Origin: Clostridia bacterium
GTDB taxonomy: Bacteria > Bacillota > Clostridia > Christensenellales > DTU072
Length of the DNA: 64,000 bases
Assembly: GCA_035381305.1 (NCBI GenBank)
Contig: DAOSYK010000007.1
Coordinates: 5,002-69,001, forward strand
Direction: 5' to 3'
The notes under the pieces are model-generated. The model saw nothing but the letters and a program-made list of their open reading frames with translations. It was not told the origin of the DNA and did no database searches. The number at the start of each line of letters is the position of its first letter. The stretch's first letter is position 1. This document shows, in pieces, positions 39,501 to 48,500 of this stretch. The translations under genes and the position numbers were made by a program.

Positions 39501-42500
39501 GGTATGATACGTGTTGACGTAATTGTTGTACTCGGCGCCTGTGGGCGACTGGTATACGCTTCTTACGGTGTTAACGATGTTTTCATACGCATAGTCGAGC
39601 AGGCAGTAGTACCTTATGGCGGTGAGGTTGTCGACAAACGCCTGTCCGAGGTCGTATCTGTGGACAAGGTATCCGTATACGCCCTCGGGCGCGCGGAACT
39701 TGCCTCCTTCGAGGTAGTTTCCGAATATTCCGCTGGAAGACTGAATGTAGAGCTGTTCTTCCTCGGTTGCGAGGTTGTAATAGTAGTAGTCGACGGCCTT
39801 CCTCTCCACCGCTCTTTCCTCGGAGACGGTAAGTTCGAGGTAGTTTTTGGGCGTCGGATCGGTCGCGCTGGTGATATAGACGAATCCGTTCGATATCATC
39901 ATCTCTTCATAGAGGCTGACGGCTTGCTTGTAGAGGTTTTCGGCGGCATAATCGCTTATTTTGTTGTTGTAGACGGCGATTACGGCGTCGGCATCGGTTT
40001 CAAACGCCTTGACAAGGTAGTCAAAAGCTATCGCTCTGACGTTGCCCTTGGTGCTCTTGAAGTCCTCTCTGCCCGCCGAATACGCCGAGAACAGGTCGTT
40101 GTACAGTGCATAGAAAGCGGCGTCTCTTATGTCGATGAGCACCGAGTCATAGATGTCCTGAATGAGCGCCTTATAGGTGGCGGCGTCGCCCGCGAGGTTG
40201 GCGTAATAGTTCTGGAGATTTCTGAATACTCTCGCCTTCCTCAGGCGCAGGTCGTACTGGCCGTTGGTATAGCCGAGGACGGCGTTGTCAAGATAGGTCG
40301 TGAGCGACTCTTGCGTTTCGGTGTAGCCCGATGTCGTCTTCTGATAAAGAAGGTCAAAGAAGTCCTTGCCCGCGTACTCGGAGATCTTGACATAGAAGAA
40401 GTCCTGAACGGCTTTGCGCACTTCGGCAGAACCTTCGGGATAGTAGAGGTAATGGTATATCGTGCGGATATATCCGTCGGAGCCGAATGTGCCCATTCTT
40501 CCTTCAAATTCCGCCCTCTGCGCCGAATTGAGGCTGTCTCGCACCAGCGTGTAGATGTCATTGGGGCCGTTGTATCTTCCGATAACCGAGCCGTATATTT
40601 CAGTAAAGACCTGATAGGTCTGTATATCGTTGTTGCCGACGACGTCGGGGTTGGCGAGCAAGCTTTCCACAACCACTCCGTTTACGTACTTGTCGGCATA
40701 ATCGATGGCGACATCGTAGACAGCCGAGGCTTCGTCTTGGAGATACAGTTTGAAGGCGTTGAGCGCGTTGAGATAACTTCCCGCGTTTTCGTTAAGTATC
40801 CTGTTCATCACCGCTATCGTCGCGGTATCCTGCTTGAGAAGCGCGGCGCCGTACAAGGAGTTCCACGCGTTCTGAGCGGTGGATTCGTTGGAGTAAGGCA
40901 GAATGTGTTCGATAGCTTTTGTTCTGACGTACTCGCGGTAAGCGTTAATTGCGAGTGCCTTCTTTTCGGCGGGCCAAACGACGTTCTTGTCCACGGCGTA
41001 ATCATACACGTGATAGGCGAGGTCATAGTAGAAGGAGATCCTCTGTCCGTTGTCGTCGACGGGGACCATGGTGTTTACTATGCTCGCCTTGAGGGCATTG
41101 AAATACTCCTGAAGCGCCGCGGAGATTATTCCCTTGCGATAAGCGTCTATGACGTCTCTTAAGGACGTTTGGATAAGTTCTTCAAATATAGCTTCCTTGT
41201 TGTACTCAAAGAGCGCCGTGACTTCCTCGTCAAGGGAAAGGTTGGTGTAAATGTTGAAGTAGAAGGTGTCACGGTTGTCCTTAAACTTGTCAAACGAAAC
41301 CTTGGGTGCGCTTATTTTGGCGCTGGCGTATTCGCCGTAGCTGCCCACGGTCTTAAGGTCGGATATCATGAGGACCTTAAGTGCGTTGGCGCGGGAGTTG
41401 ACGTTGCTGTCCTGACCTAATATGGCGTTCATGCGCGCTCTTTCGTCCCTGGTCGCCATGTCGAATATCTTGAGCCAGATGGCGTTGTTGATATAGTTGG
41501 CGAGTTTCTTCTGCGCTGCGGCGTAAAGTGCGTCGTTGTAATTATACTCGTCGCCGTAGAAGTAGAGGTTCTCATACGCCTTGTTGTAAATATCCCTCTT
41601 GAGCTTCTGATATGGGGTGAGGTTTTCTGCGTCGATGTTCTCAACGTATCCCGGATAATTGCCCTTGAAGTTGTTGTACATATCCACCCAGTTGAGGTAG
41701 ATAGTCCTGTCCTCGGTCTTTATGTCGCCGCCGTTGTACTGGGTCCTCAGCATGTCATAGAGGAAAGCTATTCCCTCTTTCTCGTTCTGCAATTGCGGAT
41801 TGTTGCTCATCACCGAACGCAGTAAGACGTTCTCCATGCGCTTAGCCAGGCTTGCCGTATTTTCGGCGGCGTTGAACCTTGTAAGGAGCATATCGAAGGT
41901 CTGATTCTTGACCTCGACCTCGATCTCTTCGAGGAGCTGCTTTAGGTTGTTGATTGTCGTGGTGCTATAGTACGCGAGAGGCACGAGCTTGCCGTTTTCC
42001 ACAGTGAAGAAGCTGTCCCACGTCATGGACTTGGAAAGCTCGGCATAGGTCGCTTCCACCTCTTCCTTGAACTTGAGGTAGAGGTAATTTATGTTGGTGT
42101 TCTGCGCAAAAAGGTAGCCGTCCACGCTCTTGTCGCGGAAGCCTTCGTAGGAGATGAAGGAGTCGTCGACGTACCTTGACCAGTCAATGCCGGGAAGCAC
42201 AGGCCCGTCGCTTATCGCCGAATAGTAATATTCGGGTGAAATTCCTTTTGTGAAGAATGCTTCGGCGTAATACTTGTCGTAGTCGACAAACATGTCTTCG
42301 TTAAGTTCGCCGCCGATGTCTTCCAAGAGTCCCGCAATCGGGTCGTCGTACTCGTAGCTTGTGGAGTACGGCACCTTGAGTGAGCGGTTGAGGATGACGA
42401 CGATGATGTCAAAGCCCTGCTCGCCGATGCTTACGCCCGAGGCGCTTATTCCCATGGAGATGTAGGCTCTGAGCGTGAACACGCCGCCCCTGTATCCGTC

Positions 42501-45500
42501 GGAGGACGAGTTGAAGTAGGCGTATCTTATATTGGAGTTCTGACTGCTAGCCTGAGAGTAAAAGTAAGAACTTGTGTTGACGTCCTTGTAGACGCCGCCC
42601 GAAAGTATCTCCCATCTTGTAATGGGCAGCACGGTATAGTTGTCGCTGTTAAGGAAGAAGATATTGGCGTTTACGGGCAGACGGTGAGTAATGCTGTTGT
42701 ACGGGTCGACGTAGTATAGCCTCGGAAGTTCGATTTCCTCATATTCACCCTCTTTTACGACGGTGTTGGGAATGTTGGCTTCGTCAATCACCCTGCTTAA
42801 GATGTTGATGGTAAGGATAATCTCCTGGCCTGTAAACATGACCATTTTGACATAAAGAAGGCCGTTTATCGGGAGATTTGCGTCGGGCAGGTTGTAACCG
42901 CTGTAGCCGTACGGAATTTCGGTTAGGCTCCTGATAAAGCGCATATCGTTGTCGAGAAGTTCAAAGCGCCTGATGTCGTCGGTTATTCTGCTTCCCGCAG
43001 GCTCGCCGGGCGCGGGGGTGACCGTGTAAGTCTCCCTGTTCTCAAAGCTGAGCACAAGACCGACGGTGGGCAGTCTGAATATACCGTTATAGCCCACCTT
43101 GTCATCGTACGGGTCTATGACTATGGTGTTTCTTACCCTGTTTGCGTCCTCTCTTATATCGAGGCTGACGCCGTTTTCGCTGTAGGCGATGCCCTCAAAG
43201 ACCATGGCGTCCATTTCGATGTAGACGGTGACGGTCTGAGTAACGTGTTCGCCCTGCCCGTTGTAATAGCTGAGGATTGTCGCCGTGGCAATCGCGCGCC
43301 TGTCTTCGCGGCTGATACCGTTGACTATATCTGTTTCGGTGATAGCGTTCATTACCGGCACCCACGAAACGGTGAAGAAATTTACGCCCGTCGCGTCGAA
43401 CCAGTCGGGCACAATGCGCGCGTAAATGACGTCGGGGAGCTTGGTAAAGTCGTAGCCTGTGTTGTAGGTTGTACTGCCCGAGGTGTAGGTCGCGGTGTTG
43501 TTGTAGAAGAGATAGGCGTTGGTTATCTTTATATAACCGTCGGTAATGTTGTAGAGGCTGTCCTCGGCCGAGGCGTAGTAATTTACGTCGTTGAGGTTTT
43601 TCCTCGGAATGTTGACGTTGAGGTAATAGTACCCTTCGTCCTGAACGCCGTCCTTAAGTCCCTGGAGGGGCAACACGTAATAGTAGCTGAAGCTTAAAGC
43701 GTTTCTCGACAAAACATTAATGGACGTAAGCGGTATGCTTGTAGCCCTTCCCAAGCCGCTGTGGTCGCTGGTGTACCAGCCCGACTCGTCGAGGTAGTAC
43801 CTGACTACGCCCGAATTGATGTACGGAACGTCTATATAGGTGGGCAGGATATACCCTTCGGCTGTGCAGCTCTCGCCAAATTCGTTGTAAAGTTCGGCGG
43901 TGATGTTTCTGCCCTGGCTCTCGCGGGTGTCGACCTTGGCGACTATCCTTACCTTTATATTCTCTTCGGCGCTTCCTGCAGAAAGTTTTCTAATATAAAT
44001 AAACGTGGTCGTCTCGTCGGTAGGACGGTACAGCCCGTCGGTTATGCCAAGCACCTTGCGGTTAAAGGTCTGCTCGTTGTAGTCGCCGAAGTTGAGTTGC
44101 GGAATAATGTCGCTATCGGTCATGCCGTTATAGTAAACCATCATTATTCTGCTGAACACGTGGTTAATATACTGATAAGGCGTGGCGTATCTCTCAAGGT
44201 TGTTGACAGGCACGGTCAGCGCGAATAGCTTGGGAATGTAAATAATCAATTCGCCGTCGGCGGTTATCGTCGACATGGCTATTCTGCCGTCGTTGGCCTT
44301 CTGCGGGAGCGATACGGCGTTTACGTTTTCGGAATACTCTGCGTTAAAGAGCGTGATGTTGCTTATAACCAGTCCCGCGAGCGAGAACGTGACGCTCAGG
44401 CTCTGCTCGTTGACGGTGCCTGTGAAAATGGTGCCCCTTAATTGCATTACCTCTTCGCTTATCGGGTTTTTGAGGATGTACGCAAGGTAGTCAAGGCTGT
44501 TGCGGTAATTGGGGTCGGAAGGCACAGCTCTGAGCCAGTCGACGTAGAGGTCGTACCTGTCGAGGACGAGGTCGGTCCTTGCTTCCTCGAAGCCAACGCC
44601 CACGCGTAACGCCTTGGCGGTATCGTTCATGAGCGCGGCAACGCGGTCGGACAGGATCTTACTTTCGGGCTTGTAGTAGTTTATGTCGTGATAACCCGCC
44701 ACCAGGGCGCCCGTTTCATAAATGTTGATTGTGTCGGAAACGATGGTTCTCGGCTCGACGGTAACGTAGATGAAGAGTTCCTGCCTTAATACCGAGCCTG
44801 TCGCTTCAAGAATGTAGCGGATAAGATATGTGCCGCCTTCGTATCCGAACAGATATTTCCCGTCGGGTCCGTACAGCGCGGGGTCATAGTTTCCGCCGGT
44901 CGGCTTGTCGATGGGCACCCACTCTGTGTCGCCCTCTTTTCTTACCATCCACGCGATATTGGAGCGGTAAACTCTCTCTCCGCTCTCAAGTACCGCCGTG
45001 AACATCGCAGGCAGTCTGTATGTCTTGTAGGGATCAATCGTAATCTCGGCAGCGTCAACGGGCATGTCTTCGTACTGAATGCTCCTCAATTCGCTGGCAA
45101 GGTTCTTTACTATCGCCTTGACGGTGACGGTAAATCTTCCCGTGCCCACGACGCCGTAGATATAGAAATCGTTTTCGTCGGTGGTCGGATGCTCAAGGCG
45201 GGCGTAACCGTTGTCGTCAATGTAGAGAATATTTGTTTCCTCTCCGCCGACTCCCGCGGTGGTAAGCCATCTGACAGTGTACTTCTTGAGCACCTTCATG
45301 CTGTTGGCGCCCGATCTTTCTTTTACCAGCATATAAATCTCGTTGGGGAGTTTGCCTTCCTCGTCGTAGGGATTAATGCTGAAGTAGTTGTAGATATTGC
45401 CGGACTCGCCGAACCTCAGGGGCGAAATCTGCACCGAGGTCAGTTTGTCGAGGGTGAACGTGCCGTCGGGATTGACGTTTATCTTCTTGACCGCGTTGGC

Positions 45501-48500
45501 GCTCTTTAAGTCGGCTATATCTTCCCTTCTTTCGGGGACTTCGACGGTCAGTCTTACGGTGTCGGTGCCCAAAGAGCCTATGCTTATCTCGGCGTAGGTC
45601 TGGTTGCGCATACTGGGTCCGAACAGCTCGGTCGCGCCGTACTCGAGCGTGACGTTTCTCATATAGTCGGGATTGGGAATATGCCAGCGCAGTTCGATGG
45701 GAAGGTACTGCGCGTAATAATCTTCGTCGCTTATGCCGTCGGGTCTGACCATTCTCACTATACGGGAAGTGCCGTCCTTGAAGTGCACGGTGACGCTTGT
45801 CCCGACGCCCGTCTGGGTGGGAATGGCGTAAGTCGACTCGACGAGGCTGTCGATGGTGTAACGGTTGAGTTCCTCATCGTTTATTCTGACGTAGTCGACG
45901 ACTTTTGCCGTGACGTAGACTTTAATCGCTATCTTTATTGCCGAGGGACCTTGTCCGTAATACGCGTAAGCAAACAGCTCGCCGCCGTTGTACTTGATGC
46001 GGGTCTGGTCGAACTCCCAGTCGAGATTGAGGTTGTCGAGGAAGAAGAAGTTGTATCCTTCGACGTTGTAGGTCAAGGGTTCTCCCGCCTCGGTGTACCC
46101 GTACACGTTGTAGAAGTTGAGCCTCATGTTCTGAGCGGCGATTCCCGCCCTGATCGGGTCAAATGACGCGTCGGCAAGCTTCTTCATGGCGTATTCGTAC
46201 GGGTCAATGGTGATTGTGCCGATGACCGGGTTGTTCTCGTGGTCGTTCATATCCTCGCCGCTTTCGGTGAGCGGTATGACTGTCCTGTTGTGAATGGCTA
46301 TATAGACGGGGAAGGAAATTTCCATTATGCTGTTGCCGCCGATTCTCAGCGTGTAGGTCGCCTTCTTGTCGTTGGCAAACACGTTGCGGTTTAGTCCGTC
46401 GTAGGTGACAACTTCGTCGGTAAGTCCTTCTATGCTGCACTCGAGGAACCCTGTCGTGCCGTTTGTGAACTCAACTTCCACTTGCCTGGGCAGTTTGTTT
46501 GTGAAAGCGGGGTCTATAATGAGCGTATCGGTGACAAGGCGCCTTACGGTATATGTGCCTATTTCCTTATATATAGTGACTATATAATCGGCGGTAAGCC
46601 CAAACAAGCTGCAGACGGGATTGTATGTCTTTCTGTCGCCGTCGATTTTAACAGAGTCAGGCAGATAATTGGGTATCATTTCGATAGTACCGACGTCCGC
46701 AAAGGTTACTTCTATCGTGTCTTTCCACTTACTGTTGGGGCTGTAAAGGCTATCGATACCAACCGCACTCTCAAAGCTGCCGCCGTTTACCGCGGGCGTG
46801 AAATACTCTTCGGGCGTGATGTCGTTGAGCACAACTTTTTCAAAGAGGAATCTCGCTTTGATCCTTGCCCTTAAGTCGGATACGCCTATGAGCTTCTTGA
46901 CGGGGTCGTTCTGCTCGCCCGTCTCGGGGTTGGTCTCCACTTCGAGCACGAAGTTGAAGTACCCGTCGGAATTGGTGACCTGGGCGCGGGAAGACTTGCT
47001 CTTTAGAATCTCGCTGATAAGTCCGAACAAGGACGTGTCCTCAAAGGAATTGTTTTCGCCCAATATGATATTGAGCGCGGCCGCCACCGCCGACCTCTGT
47101 ATCCTGTACTTGATGCCGTTGATGTTGGGGTATGGTCCTTTGCCGAAAGGCATGAGATACTTTATCAGGAACTCGTTGGCGTTCTTGGGATTTGTATACA
47201 CGCTCATGAGGGGCTTCTCGCCGTCTCTGTCCCTTAAACAGAGGTCAAACCTCATGATGTATTCGGAGACAAGTCTGTCGGTCCCAAGCGCGACAAAGCT
47301 TTCGCTTGCCTGCGCGCGCAACACAAGCGTCTGGTTTCTGGTTATGTTATACGGCGTGTTCTTGCCCGAGGCATCGCCTAAAAACGCGCCTAAAATCTTG
47401 CTTGCGTCGCTCGCTTCCTTGGCGTTTGTCACCTCAAATTCCACTTCTATTTCGGTCTTGATGTCGTCGGGAAGGACGAGCCTGTTGTATGCGTTGTGTT
47501 GCAGTGTGGTGTCCTCGGGGAAAATAATGGGGAAAAAGTCCTCTCTGTCGGCGCGCATGCTGAAGATAACTGTGTCGCCGTAATAATAGGTCATGCCTAT
47601 CTGCCCATTGTCGAGGTTGTAGCTTAAGCGTATGGAACTGAGGTTGAAAAAGTCCTCGCCGATTATGCTGTCGAGTTTTTCAACGTCGATGTTAAGCAGA
47701 TCTGCGATGATCTCCGCCGTCCTTGTGTCGTCGTCGCGTATAAGCTGAATGAGTTGCTCGTCTATTGTGTAATAAATGGTGTTTCCGACCGTAGTGAAGT
47801 TGTCCATTATTATGGAATAGAGATTCTCGTTTTCGGGGTCGCCGATGGAAATCGAGCGGTCAAGGATAATCGATATCATCTTAACGCCGCTGTTGTAGAT
47901 GGCGTTGATGAGGTTGGTCAGATTAATGCCCTGGAAATAGACCTTGGGCAGGTTGAACACGTCGATGTCAATCGCGTTTCGTATGTACTGGCTGTTCAGA
48001 CCCGACATGTCGAAGAAGAACACCTGGTCGCGGTAATACGCGCTCATAAGCTGATTGTTCTTGGCGTCGGTGATGTCGATTGCCAGCTTGTTGTTGGTGT
48101 TTTCCTTGGTATCAAGGTCGGTCGAAATCGTGATGTCGAAGTCTTCTTTGCTGAGGGACGGAATATTTATCGAGCCGACATACTTGTTTTCGCCCATGTT
48201 TACGTGCTCAAAAGACGCGGGGGAGAAATTGCTTTTTTCGGTTATGTCTATTCTCGAGGCTACTTTATAGCCGATTTCACCGTCAATCTGGTATTTGCTG
48301 GAGTCTCTGAAAGAGCCGTCCATGCTGACTTGCGCAAAGTCGGCTACTCCGTTTTCGCGCTGGACGTTGATGAGTCCGACGTGGATATAGGAGAAGCGGT
48401 TCTCAATGACTCTGCTCAGTCTGAAGCCCAAAAATTTCTTGGTGATTACGTCAAACTTATCCCCTATCTGTTCGAGGTAGTTGTCCATATAGGTGTTGAC

